A stretch of 64,000 bases of DNA from Streptosporangiaceae bacterium. Lineage in GTDB: Bacteria > Actinomycetota > Actinomycetes > Streptosporangiales > Streptosporangiaceae. Each line of letters opens with the position of its first letter. The stretch's first letter is position 1. The notes under the pieces are model-generated. The model saw only the letters and a list, made by a program, of their open reading frames with translations, was not told where the DNA came from and made no database searches. The stretch lies in the NCBI GenBank assembly GCA_036005525.1, contig DASYQM010000003.1:4858-68857 (forward strand). Reading direction: 5' to 3'. This document shows, in pieces, positions 35,616 to 43,973 of the stretch. The position numbers and the translations under genes are program-made.

Positions 35616-36752
35616 CTAGCTGTACCGCCCGGCCAGGATCTGGTGCAGTCGCTGCGCGACCAGGTCCCACCGCCATTCCTGGTCGATCCAGGCCATGCCC
35701 TTCTCCCCCATGGCCCGGGCACCGGCTGGATCGGTGAGCAGGTGCACGAGCCGGCCGGCGACTTCTGCCGGGCTGCGCCCCGAGACGACGTACCCGGTCT
35801 CGCCGGCCCGGATGGCGTCGGGCGCGTTCCCGGAGTCGCCGCCGATCACGGGCAGGCCGGTCGCGGACGCCTCCAGGTAGACGATGCCGAGGCCCTCGAC
35901 GTCCAGGCCGTGCCTGCGGGTGCGGCAGGGCATCGCGAACACGTCTCCGGCGTCGTAGTAGGCCGGCAGCTCAGGCCAGGGCACCGGTCCGGTGAAGATG
36001 ACCGAGCCGGCCACACCAAGCCCATGGGCAAGCCGCCGCAGCCTGCCGGCGTACGGCCCGCCGCCGACCAGCAGCAGTGCCGCGTCCGGCACGGTGGTCC
36101 GGACCTCCGGCCAGGCCCGGATCAGCGTGTCCTGCCCCTTGCGGGGCACGAGTCGCGACACGCAGATCACCACCGGCCGGCTGGCGATCCCGAGACGGTC
36201 CCGGACGGCGGCACCCCCGGCACCCGGGCGGAAGGCCTCGGAGTCGACGCCGGGCGCGAGCCGGGTCATCCGCGCCGCCGCCGCCGCGGACAGTGCCCTC
36301 GCGAGCCGCGCCCGGGTGTATTCGCCGAGGTAAGTGACCGTATCCACGGAATCGCCGATGCGGCGGAGCAGGCTGCGTGCGCCAGGCAGCGCCGCCCAGC
36401 CCGCCTCGTGCCCGTGGGTGATGGCGACCAGCCGCCGCGCACCGGCCCGCCGCAGCGACGGCGCAAGCAGCCCCAGCGGCGCCGCCGCGCCGAACAGCAC
36501 CGTGTCGCAGCCGTCGCGGCCGAGCAGCCGGGCCGCCCGGCGCGCCACCGACGGCACCGGCAGCATCAAGGACGTGGGATGACGCTCCACCGGGAACGGC
36601 TGGGCCGCATCGAACTCTGCCGCCCCCTCCCAGGCGGGCGCGTAGACGGTGACGCTGCCCTTCGGCAGCCGGACCGCGAGTGCATGCACGAAGGACTGGA
36701 TCCCGCCTGCTCGCGGCGGGAAGTCGTTGGTCACGATCAGGACCTTCGGCAT
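35616..36752 (-). CDS. GT4-family glycosyltransferase (PimB-like mannosyltransferase)
   Basis: MPKVLIVTNDFPPRAGGIQSFV...GLGIVYLEASATGLPVIGGDSGNAPD is the GT4 E-x7-E region. The synteny matches Rv2188c. Confidence 0.88.
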   Translation of the reverse strand: MPKVLIVTNDFPPRAGGIQSFVHALAVRLPKGSVTVYAPAWEGAAEFDAAQPFPVERHPTSLMLPVPSVARRAARLLGRDGCDTVLFGAAAPLGLLAPSLRRAGARRLVAITHGHEAGWAALPGARSLLRRIGDSVDTVTYLGEYTRARLARALSAAAAARMTRLAPGVDSEAFRPGAGGAAVRDRLGIASRPVVICVSRLVPRKGQDTLIRAWPEVRTTVPDAALLLVGGGPYAGRLRRLAHGLGVAGSVIFTGPVPWPELPAYYDAGDVFAMPCRTRRHGLDVEGLGIVYLEASATGLPVIGGDSGNAPDAIRAGETGYVVSGRSPAEVAGRLVHLLTDPAGARAMGEKGMAWIDQEWRWDLVAQRLHQILAGRYS

Positions 36753-36935
36753 CGCGCTCCCCGCGTCGCGGGCACATCGGGTGCTCGGGGCGCGGCTGAC
36801 GCGCTGCCCGCGACGGTAGCGGAGCGATTCTAGTGTTCCCGCCGCCGTCTGCCGGGCAAGGCCGTGTCTCGTGAATCCATGCCGTAGCAGCAGGCTGGAG
36901 ATTTGCGAGACACGGCCTCGGTCAGCGGCCGGAGG

Positions 36936-37955
36936 TCACGGCCGGACGGCGCCGACCAGGTTCGCCGCGTACCAGGAACTGGACAGGCTGACCTTCTCCA
37001 CGGTCATCCCGGGCTGCGGAGCGTCGATGAGCATCCCGCCGCCCACATAGATGCCCACGTGGCTGTCGCCGGCGAACTCCAGGATGTCGCCGGGCTGGAG
37101 CGCGGACGTCGGCACCGACGGCAGGCTGGCCTGTCCCTCGCTGGTACGAGGGATGGCGACCCCGGCCGCGGCCCACGCGCTCATGGTCAGCCCGGAACAG
37201 TCGAACCCGGACCCGCACGGACCGGTGCCGCCGAAGACATACGGGCAGCCCAGCTGCGCGTAGGCGAACGCAACCGCCTTCCCGGCCGCGCCGTTGGCGG
37301 GGACGTTGTTGGTGGCGCTGGTCGTGCCGCCCCCGCCGATCAGGTCGCTCTGCTGCTCTGTGGTGAGCGTGGCGAGCATGTCCTTCTGCTTTTGGATGAG
37401 CTTGTTCAGGTTGGCCTTCTGCCCCGCCAGCTGCTTCTTGAGCTTTGCCACGGCCGTCTCGGTCCGCTGCACGGTCTGCTTGGCCCCCGCCAGTGCGTTG
37501 GCCGCCGCGAGGAACTCCTGGAGCTGCTGCTGGCGGCTTGTGGACAGGTGGATGAGGATCGCCGACTGCGCCAGGACGGCCTGCGGGTCGTTCGAGGTCA
37601 GCGGGGCGAGCGACGAGTTCAGGGTGCCGTTCTGGTATGCGAAGGAAGCGACCTGCGCGATCCTGCCCTGCATCTCGTGGAACGCGGCCTGATCCTTGGC
37701 CAGCTCCTGGTTGACCATCTTCAGCCGCTGCCTGGCCCCGGACAGGTCCTGCGACACCTGGTCGTAGCGCTGGATGAGCACGTTCTCCTGCGCGGTCAGC
37801 TTGTTGAGCTTGGCTTTGACCTCACTGATCGTGGGCTGGGGCGACGCGCCCGCAGCTCCGGCGGTAATGATCAGCCCGGCGGCGGCGAATAGCGCGGCAG
37901 CGGCCGACACGCCGCGCCGAATGAGGGGAGACCGGATGAGTGGACGCGTACCCAC
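36936..37955 (-). CDS. NlpC/P60 (C40) peptidoglycan endopeptidase with N-terminal coiled-coil (RipC/RipA-like)
   Basis: Signal peptide, then a long coiled-coil (KAKLNKLTAQENVLIQRYDQV...). The C-terminal domain reads YVFGGTGPCGSGFDCSGLTMSAW...GDILEFAGDSHVGIYVGGGMLIDAP (Cys-His catalytic pair). GTG 37955 follows gggaggggagaaggag. Confidence 0.92.
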   Translation of the reverse strand: MGTRPLIRSPLIRRGVSAAAALFAAAGLIITAGAAGASPQPTISEVKAKLNKLTAQENVLIQRYDQVSQDLSGARQRLKMVNQELAKDQAAFHEMQGRIAQVASFAYQNGTLNSSLAPLTSNDPQAVLAQSAILIHLSTSRQQQLQEFLAAANALAGAKQTVQRTETAVAKLKKQLAGQKANLNKLIQKQKDMLATLTTEQQSDLIGGGGTTSATNNVPANGAAGKAVAFAYAQLGCPYVFGGTGPCGSGFDCSGLTMSAWAAAGVAIPRTSEGQASLPSVPTSALQPGDILEFAGDSHVGIYVGGGMLIDAPQPGMTVEKVSLSSSWYAANLVGAVRP

Positions 37956-37980
37956 GTAGCGACTCGCTCCTTCTCCCCTC

Positions 37981-38160
37981 CCGCCGAACCGGTGGGTCTA
38001 CCCGGGCTCGGGCGGCTGAGCCAGCGCCCTACGGCCCCGGCCGGGGGAGGCCGAGGCCGACTCACCCGTGGGGGCTCCTCGGGCGGGGATACCGAGGACG
38101 GTCCTCCGGTGGTCTCCGGCTCCCCGGCCGCGGGGTGTGGCCGGGGCTTCGGCGGTGGCC
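37981..38160 (-). promoter_or_regulatory. candidate ydaO-type (cyclic-di-AMP) riboswitch in the 5' leader of the NlpC/P60 gene
   Basis: The minus-strand RNA reads CCGCCGAAGCC-hairpin-GGGGAGCC ... CACGGGUGAGUC ... GCCGCCCGAGCCCGGGUAGACCCACCGGUUCGGCGG. The closing helix is CCGCCGAA/UUCGGCGG. These blocks resemble my memory of the RF00379 consensus. The element ends about 10 nt before the RBS. Confidence 0.55.
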
Positions 38161-38316
38161 GGATCACCGTCGCCCATCATGGGCGACTGCGGAGTGATCC
38201 AACCGGGGCCGACATTAGTAAAACGCACCCACTCCCGTCTCACATTTGGCTAATCCGGCGTGGCGCTTCCTGGCTTCCGGTTATCCACAGGCGCCGGGCA
38301 CATGTACTCTCACCAG

Positions 38317-38499
38317 TCACGATGCCCGTGCCACCGGCCACTGCATGCGGAGCGGTGACACCAGCTTCGCGTCCGAGAGGACGCGAAGGGCGCGCCGTTC
38401 CGCCTCCCCGATCTCGGTCGTCCGGCCGAGCAGCGCCGTGACCACGCAATCGGCGCAGGCGACGTCACGCATCTCGCATCGCTCGCAATCAATCAGCAT
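38317..38499 (-). CDS. small Cys-rich conserved protein (CxxC-x6-CxxC), 60 aa
   Basis: ATG 38499 follows a strong RBS (ggaggg): MLIDCERCEMRDVACADCVVTALLGRTTEIGEAERRALRVLSDAKLVSPLRMQW... The track ORF extends to 38589. Confidence 0.65.
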   Translation of the reverse strand: MLIDCERCEMRDVACADCVVTALLGRTTEIGEAERRALRVLSDAKLVSPLRMQWPVARAS

Positions 38500-38610
38500 G
38501 ATCCCTCCATCAGGCACGGCTTCCGCCGAACGGCCCGGCGGCCGCGACGGAAAACACGCTAAAAGGTGCCACTGACAATCCACCGCCACCGCCCATGCCG
38601 CTCACGCCAA

Positions 38611-38720
38611 CGGGCCGACCGTGCCACGCACGCCAGCGGGCCGGCCATGCCCCGCACAGAAGCGGGCCGGCCGTGCCACGCACACGCCAGCGGGCCGGCC
38701 ATGCCGCGCCCACACCAGAG
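38611..38720. repeat. two tandem copies of a 52-58-bp unit
   Basis: cgggccgaccgtgccacgcacgccagcgggccggccatgccccgcacagaag / cgggccggccgtgccacgcacacgccagcgggccggccatgccgcgcccacaccagag. It lies between the divergent small Cys-rich gene and the exonuclease gene. Confidence 0.85.
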
Positions 38721-38776
38721 CGACGGGCGTTCCGGGCCGGGCGGAGGTGCTCCGCGGACGGTCCGGGGCGGGGCGA

Positions 38777-39667
38777 ATGTCGGCGCACCTGGGCGGGACT
38801 GTCGGTACCTCGTCCTACCGTTACCCCGTGATCACCTGGGAAACGGCAGCGGAGACGGCACTGGCACCGGATCCGGGCCGTCCGCTCGACGAAACCGACT
38901 TCGTCGTGGTCGACGTGGAGACGACCGGCTGGGCCCCGGCCAAGGCCCAGATCACCGAGGTAGCCGCGGTCAGGGTCAGTGGCGGTCACCTGCTGGGCCA
39001 GTTCTCCTCGCTGGTCAACCCCGGCAGCGCGATTCCCGAGCGGGTCGCGGCGCTCACCGGCATCAGCGACGCGCTGGTCGCGGCCGCGCCCCCGCTGGAC
39101 CGGGTGATGCCCGCGTTCCTGGCGTTCGCGCGCGGCGGTGTGCTCATCGCCCACAACGCGCCGTTCGACGTCGGCTTCCTGACAGCCGCGTGCCAGGCCT
39201 GTGGCCTGCCCTGGCCGGATTTCCCGGTAGTGGACACGGTGGAACTCGCCCGGTGGGCGCTCGGCGAGGATGAGGTGCCCAACTGCAAGCTGTCCACCCT
39301 CGCGGCGTTCTTCGGGGCCCGCACCACGCCCCAGCATCGCGCCCTCGCGGACGCGCTGGCCACGGCCGACGTGCTGCTCGGCCTGCTGCCCAGGGTCTCG
39401 GCCGCCGGTGTCGGGACGCTTGCCGAGCTGAGTGCCGTGCTGGACCTCGCCAGGCGGCAATCCCGGTTCGGCCCGGCCTGGGTGCGCTGGCTCCGGCGGC
39501 GGGCTCGAGATCTGCGGCGGGCCCGCTGGGCGGTACGCTACCGGCGATGGCTGGGCATCGACGCCCGAGGAGGCAGACGTGGTCACCGCGATCGTCCTGG
39601 TGAGAGCCGACGTGGCGCGCATACCGGAAACGGCGGAAGCGATAGCCCAGATCCCGCAGGTCAGTGA
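38777..39667 (+). CDS. DEDDh 3'-5' exonuclease (DNA polymerase III epsilon-like domain protein)
   Basis: FVVVDVETTGW (ExoI), LIAHNAPFDVGFL (ExoII) and HRALADALATADVL (ExoIII, H-x4-D). ATG 38777 lies within track ORF 38621..39667. The last 70 aa or so are Arg-rich and overlap the next gene by 89 nt. The synteny matches Rv2191. Confidence 0.85.
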   Translation: MSAHLGGTVGTSSYRYPVITWETAAETALAPDPGRPLDETDFVVVDVETTGWAPAKAQITEVAAVRVSGGHLLGQFSSLVNPGSAIPERVAALTGISDALVAAAPPLDRVMPAFLAFARGGVLIAHNAPFDVGFLTAACQACGLPWPDFPVVDTVELARWALGEDEVPNCKLSTLAAFFGARTTPQHRALADALATADVLLGLLPRVSAAGVGTLAELSAVLDLARRQSRFGPAWVRWLRRRARDLRRARWAVRYRRWLGIDARGGRRGHRDRPGESRRGAHTGNGGSDSPDPAGQ

Positions 39668-39866
39668 GGTCTACTCCGTCACCGGCGAGTTCGACCTGGT
39701 GGCGCTGGTCCGGGTACGCGCGCACGAGGAACTGGCCGACGTCATCCCCGGCGCACTGAACCGGGTGCCGGGTGTGAATCACACCGAGACGCACATCGCC
39801 TTCCGCACCTACTCACGTCACGACCTCGAAGCCGCGTTCGCGCTCGGCTACCCCGAAACCTCCTGA
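39579..39866 (+). CDS. stand-alone Lrp/AsnC ligand-binding (RAM) domain protein
   Basis: GTG 39579 follows gaggagg: VVTAIVLVRADVARIPETAEAIAQIPQVSEVYSVTGEFDLVALVRVRAHEELADVI...THIAFRTY. Confidence 0.85.
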   Translation: MVTAIVLVRADVARIPETAEAIAQIPQVSEVYSVTGEFDLVALVRVRAHEELADVIPGALNRVPGVNHTETHIAFRTYSRHDLEAAFALGYPETS

Positions 39867-40912
39867 CCCGCCAGGCGCTGGCTGGTCTCCACCCAGCGGC
39901 CCAGCAGCGCCCGGGCGGCGCCCGAGTCGAGCGCGGCCGCCGCTTTGGCGCAGCCGTCGGCGAGCGCCTGCTGGAGGCCCGCGGCCCCGGGCACGCCTGC
40001 CGCGGCGGCGAGCGCGGCGGCGGCGTTGAGTACCACGGCGTCGCGGATGGCGCCGGCCTCACCGGCCAGCACCGAGTGGACCACGGCCGCGTTGTGCGCC
40101 GCGTCCCCGCCGCGCAGCGCGCCGGGCTGCGACAGCGGGATTCCCAGCGCGGCGGGGTCGAGCACGGTCTGGCTGACCTCGCCGGCGTGGACCACCCAGA
40201 CGGAGGACGTGTCCGCCGTCGTCAGCTCGTCCAGCCCGTCGTCGCCGTGGAACACCATGGCCGAGCAGCCGCGCCCCGCCAGCACCCCGGCGATGACCGG
40301 GCCCATGCGCGGATCGGAGACCCCGACCGCCAGCGCCCGGGGGCGCGCCGGGTTGGCCACCGGGCCGAGGAAGTTGAAGACCGTCGGCACCCCGAGTTCG
40401 CGCCGGGGCGCGGCCGTGTGCCGCAGGGCCGGGTGATACAGCGGCGCGAACAGGAACGCGATCCCGACCTCCGCCACCAGCCGCGCGCTGGACTCCGGCG
40501 GCAGGCCGATCGCCACCCCGAGCGCTTCCAGCACGTCCGCCGCCCCGCAGGCCGAGGTGGCCGCGCGGTTGCCGTGCTTGGCCACCCGTGCGCCCGCCGC
40601 GGCGGCGACGATCGCTCCCATGGTGGAGATGTTGACCGTGCGCGCCCCGTCCCCGCCGGTGCCGACCAGGTCCACCAGCGGCCCCGGCACGCTGATCGGG
40701 GTCGCGCGGTCCAGCATGGTCTGGGCCAGCCCGCTCAGCTCGGCGGCCGTCTCGCCCTTCATCCGCAGCGCCACGCCGAACCCGGCGATCTGGGCGGGCG
40801 TCGCCGCGCCCTCCATGATCTCGCCCATCGCCCAGGCAGTATCGTCAGAGGTCAGGGCCTCTCCCCTGACCAGGGTGCCCATCAGCGCGGACCAGGTGGC
40901 AGGTGCGTCCAT
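39848..40912 (-). CDS. trpD: anthranilate phosphoribosyltransferase
   Basis: LVDLVGTGGDGARTVNISTMGAIVAAAAGARVAKHGNRAATSACGAADVLEALG. It overlaps the Lrp-like gene end by 19 nt (convergent). Confidence 0.95.
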   Translation of the reverse strand: MDAPATWSALMGTLVRGEALTSDDTAWAMGEIMEGAATPAQIAGFGVALRMKGETAAELSGLAQTMLDRATPISVPGPLVDLVGTGGDGARTVNISTMGAIVAAAAGARVAKHGNRAATSACGAADVLEALGVAIGLPPESSARLVAEVGIAFLFAPLYHPALRHTAAPRRELGVPTVFNFLGPVANPARPRALAVGVSDPRMGPVIAGVLAGRGCSAMVFHGDDGLDELTTADTSSVWVVHAGEVSQTVLDPAALGIPLSQPGALRGGDAAHNAAVVHSVLAGEAGAIRDAVVLNAAAALAAAAGVPGAAGLQQALADGCAKAAAALDSGAARALLGRWVETSQRLAGQEVSG

Positions 40913-40929
40913 AAGTGCCCCTCGGGCCG

Positions 40930-41319
40930 TCAGGCCTTGGCCACAGCGCGCTGGCGCATGAGGCCGGCCAGGTCGCTGGCCAGCGCCCGCGGGTCGATCG
41001 GGTGGCTGATGACCGCGTCCGCACCGGACCAGGTGGCGAGCCAGCCGTCGTCCGGCCTGCCGATGATCAGCAGCACCGGCGGGCAGTCATGGATCTCGTC
41101 CTTGGCCTGCCGGCAGACCCCCATGCCACCGGCCGGCTGTGCCTCCCCGTCCAGCACCATGACGTCCGCCCCGCCCGCGTCGAGCAGCCGGAACAGCGCG
41201 GGCTCGGTGGCCACATCGATGATCTCAGCCTCGGGCACATCGGGCGCCGGGCGGCGCCCGATCGCCAGCCGGATCCGGGCGCGGGTGTCCGCATCGTGGC
41301 TGTAAACGACGACCTTCAT
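40930..41319 (-). CDS. single-domain receiver (CheY-like) protein
   Basis: [21 protein letters not shown]...[25 protein letters not shown]...[12 protein letters not shown]...[17 protein letters not shown] 41319; the track ORF extends to 41433. Confidence 0.75.
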   Translation of the reverse strand: MKVVVYSHDADTRARIRLAIGRRPAPDVPEAEIIDVATEPALFRLLDAGGADVMVLDGEAQPAGGMGVCRQAKDEIHDCPPVLLIIGRPDDGWLATWSGADAVISHPIDPRALASDLAGLMRQRAVAKA

Positions 41320-41411
41320 GCAGTGGATCGTACCGACCCGTGGCACCGGCCGATGTTCCCCCGCACCGACACGGGGGGTCGGCCGACATTCGCCTACGGG
41401 ATGTCGTAATA

Positions 41412-42059
41412 ATGACCCTCGTGGCCACAGCATCCACGACGCAGATCCCGCCCCGGTCGCCGACCAGCCGGCCGAACCTGGTCAGCGTCGGCACCATCGT
41501 TTGGCTGTCCTCTGAGCTCATGTTCTTCGCGGCGCTGTTCGCGATGTACTTCACCATCCGCTCGGTCAATAAGAGCGAAGGGCTCCCCTGGCCGGGCGCC
41601 CATCTGAACCTGGCCCTGGGGACCATCAACACCACCGTGCTGCTGCTGTCGAGCGTCACCTGCCAGATGGGGGTTTTCGCGGTCGAGCGTGGCCAGATCC
41701 GGCGCTCGGCCAGCATCTGGAACCCGGCCAAGTGGGGCCTGCGCGAGTGGTACGTGCTCTCCTTCCTGATGGGCCTGTACTTCGTGCTCGGCCAGGGTTA
41801 TGAGTACCTCAGCCTGATCCGCGACGGCCTGACGCTGCAGTCCAGCGGGTACGGGTCGGTGTTCTACATCCCCACCGGATTCCACGGCCTGCACGTGACC
41901 GGCGGCCTGATCGCGTTCCTTTTCCTGCTGGGACGCACCTACGCCGCCAAGACGTTCACCCAGGAGCAGCAGGTCAGCGCCATCGTCGTCTCCTATTACT
42001 GGCACTTCGTCGATGTCGTGTGGATTGGGCTGTTCACGACCATCTACCTCATCCACTGA
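41412..42059 (+). CDS. ctaE: cytochrome c oxidase (aa3) subunit III
   Basis: [25 protein letters not shown]...[11 protein letters not shown]...[11 protein letters not shown]...[16 protein letters not shown] 41412. Confidence 0.93.
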   Translation: MTLVATASTTQIPPRSPTSRPNLVSVGTIVWLSSELMFFAALFAMYFTIRSVNKSEGLPWPGAHLNLALGTINTTVLLLSSVTCQMGVFAVERGQIRRSASIWNPAKWGLREWYVLSFLMGLYFVLGQGYEYLSLIRDGLTLQSSGYGSVFYIPTGFHGLHVTGGLIAFLFLLGRTYAAKTFTQEQQVSAIVVSYYWHFVDVVWIGLFTTIYLIH

Positions 42060-42105
42060 AGAGCCACGGACCGCCACGTCCCCTGACCCGAAACCGAGGC
42101 AAGAA

Positions 42106-42912
42106 GTGAGCAGGATCAAGCCGCGGCGCAGACACCGGGCCGCCGGGTATGCCGTCCTCCTGCTGGGGCTGCTCGTCGTCGGCGTGGCCTACGCGGCCAT
42201 CACCGGGGCCGGCGGCGCGGCCTCCGCGGCCACGCCCGGCGGCCCATCGCCAGCCGACATCGCGCGGGGCCAGGCGATATTCGCGGACACCTGCTCCTCG
42301 TGTCACGGCATGAACGCCCAGGGCACCGGGGCGGGCCCGAGCCTGGTCGGGGTCGGCGCGGCCGCCGTGGACTTCCAGATGAGCACCGGCCGGATGCCGG
42401 GCAAGGACTTCGACGCGCAGATGCCGCGCAAGCCGGTGACGTTCACCACCGAGCAGATCCACCAGGTCGCGGCGTACATCGCTTCCCTGGGCGGAGGCCC
42501 GGCGATCCCCTCGCCCGCCCAGGTGAGCACGGCCGGCGCCAACCTCGGGCTGGGCCAGCAAATCTTCATCACCAACTGCGCGCAGTGCCACAACTTTGCC
42601 GGTGCGGGCGGCGCGCTCACCTACGGCAAGTCGGCGCCGCCGCTGACCCATTCGACCCCGACGCAGATCTACGAGGCGATGCTGACCGGCCCGGAGGCCA
42701 TGCCCGTGTTCAGCGACACCACCGTCACCCCGGCCCAGAAGCGCGCCATCATCGCCTACATCACCAGCGTCCGCGCCGAGCCGAACCCAGGCGGGTTCAG
42801 CCTGGGCCGGGTCGGGCCGGTGACGGAGGGCCTGGTGGCGTTCCTCGGCGGGATCGCCGTCCTGGTCTTCATCGCGATCTGGATTACGATGAAGAAGCGA
42901 CGTGAAGCATGA
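42106..42912 (+). CDS. qcrC: cytochrome bc1 complex diheme cytochrome c subunit
   Basis: Two heme-binding motifs, CSSCHG and CAQCHN, an N-terminal TM and a C-terminal TM anchor. GTG 42106. Confidence 0.92.
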   Translation: MSRIKPRRRHRAAGYAVLLLGLLVVGVAYAAITGAGGAASAATPGGPSPADIARGQAIFADTCSSCHGMNAQGTGAGPSLVGVGAAAVDFQMSTGRMPGKDFDAQMPRKPVTFTTEQIHQVAAYIASLGGGPAIPSPAQVSTAGANLGLGQQIFITNCAQCHNFAGAGGALTYGKSAPPLTHSTPTQIYEAMLTGPEAMPVFSDTTVTPAQKRAIIAYITSVRAEPNPGGFSLGRVGPVTEGLVAFLGGIAVLVFIAIWITMKKRREA

Positions 42913-43973
42913 GTGAGATTGAAGGCAGCGGCCAGTTCCCGGCCGGAGACGGCGAGGAGGGGTCAAGGGCCCCGCACCGGGTGATCGGCACTCCCCCGCC
43001 CGCCCGTGCCAGGACCCTGCTGGAGACGCCGCCCGAGGAAACCCCGCCGGAGCGCTGGCTGCCGGCCGAGCCGTCGTCCGACCCGGCTCAGGCGAAGCGC
43101 GCCGAGCGCGTCGTGGCCGCGCTGTTCGTGCTGTCGATGCTGGCCAGCATCGGGTTCATCGCCGCCTACGTGGGGCTGCAGGTGCGCTCGGTCGACGGCA
43201 CCCTGCGCTCCAACCTGGCCCTGGGAATATCGATGTCGGTCGCCTTCGGGGCGCTGGCGGTGGGCGCGGTCGTCTGGGTCCGGTACCTGATGCCGAGCGT
43301 GGAGCAGACCGAGGAGCGCCATCCGCTCGCGTCGAGCCCCGAGCAGCGGGCGGAGTTCGAGAAGACCTTCACCGAGGGGGCCGAGGCCAGCGGTTTCATC
43401 AAGCGGAAGCTGCTGCGGCGGACACTGATCGCCGCCACAGTGCCGCTCGCGGTCGCCCCGATCGTCCTGCTGCGCGACCTGGGACCGCAGCCGGGCACGA
43501 GCCTGCGCCACACCGTCTGGCGCAAGGGGATGCGCATGCTGGTCTACGGGCCGAACACCCCGCTGCGTGCGGCCGACTTCGCCATCCCCGGCCAGATGAT
43601 CACCGTTGTCCCCGAGGGGTTCCAGGACAACCAGGACGCACTGGCGAAGGCGACCACCATCATCATCAAGTTCGCGCCCGGCCAGCTCCGGCCGCCCACG
43701 GTGATGAACTGGACCGTGGACGGCATCGTCGCCTACTCCAAGATCTGCACTCACGTCGGGTGCCCGGTCGCGCTGTACGAGCAGACGACCCACCACATTC
43801 TGTGCCCCTGCCACCAGTCGACGTTCGACGCGACCCGCGGCGCCGAGGTGATCTTCGGCCCGGCGGCCCGGCCGTTGCCGCAGCTGCCGATCGGCACCGA
43901 CGCGCAGGGCTTCCTGATCGCCGAGAGTGACTACCACGAGCCGGTCGGCCCGAGTTTCTGGGAGCGGGGATGA
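42909..43973 (+). CDS. qcrA: cytochrome bc1 complex Rieske iron-sulfur subunit
   Basis: Rieske boxes CTHVGCPV and CPCHQSTF. ATGA overlap with the qcrC stop. Confidence 0.95.
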   Translation: MSEIEGSGQFPAGDGEEGSRAPHRVIGTPPPARARTLLETPPEETPPERWLPAEPSSDPAQAKRAERVVAALFVLSMLASIGFIAAYVGLQVRSVDGTLRSNLALGISMSVAFGALAVGAVVWVRYLMPSVEQTEERHPLASSPEQRAEFEKTFTEGAEASGFIKRKLLRRTLIAATVPLAVAPIVLLRDLGPQPGTSLRHTVWRKGMRMLVYGPNTPLRAADFAIPGQMITVVPEGFQDNQDALAKATTIIIKFAPGQLRPPTVMNWTVDGIVAYSKICTHVGCPVALYEQTTHHILCPCHQSTFDATRGAEVIFGPAARPLPQLPIGTDAQGFLIAESDYHEPVGPSFWERG

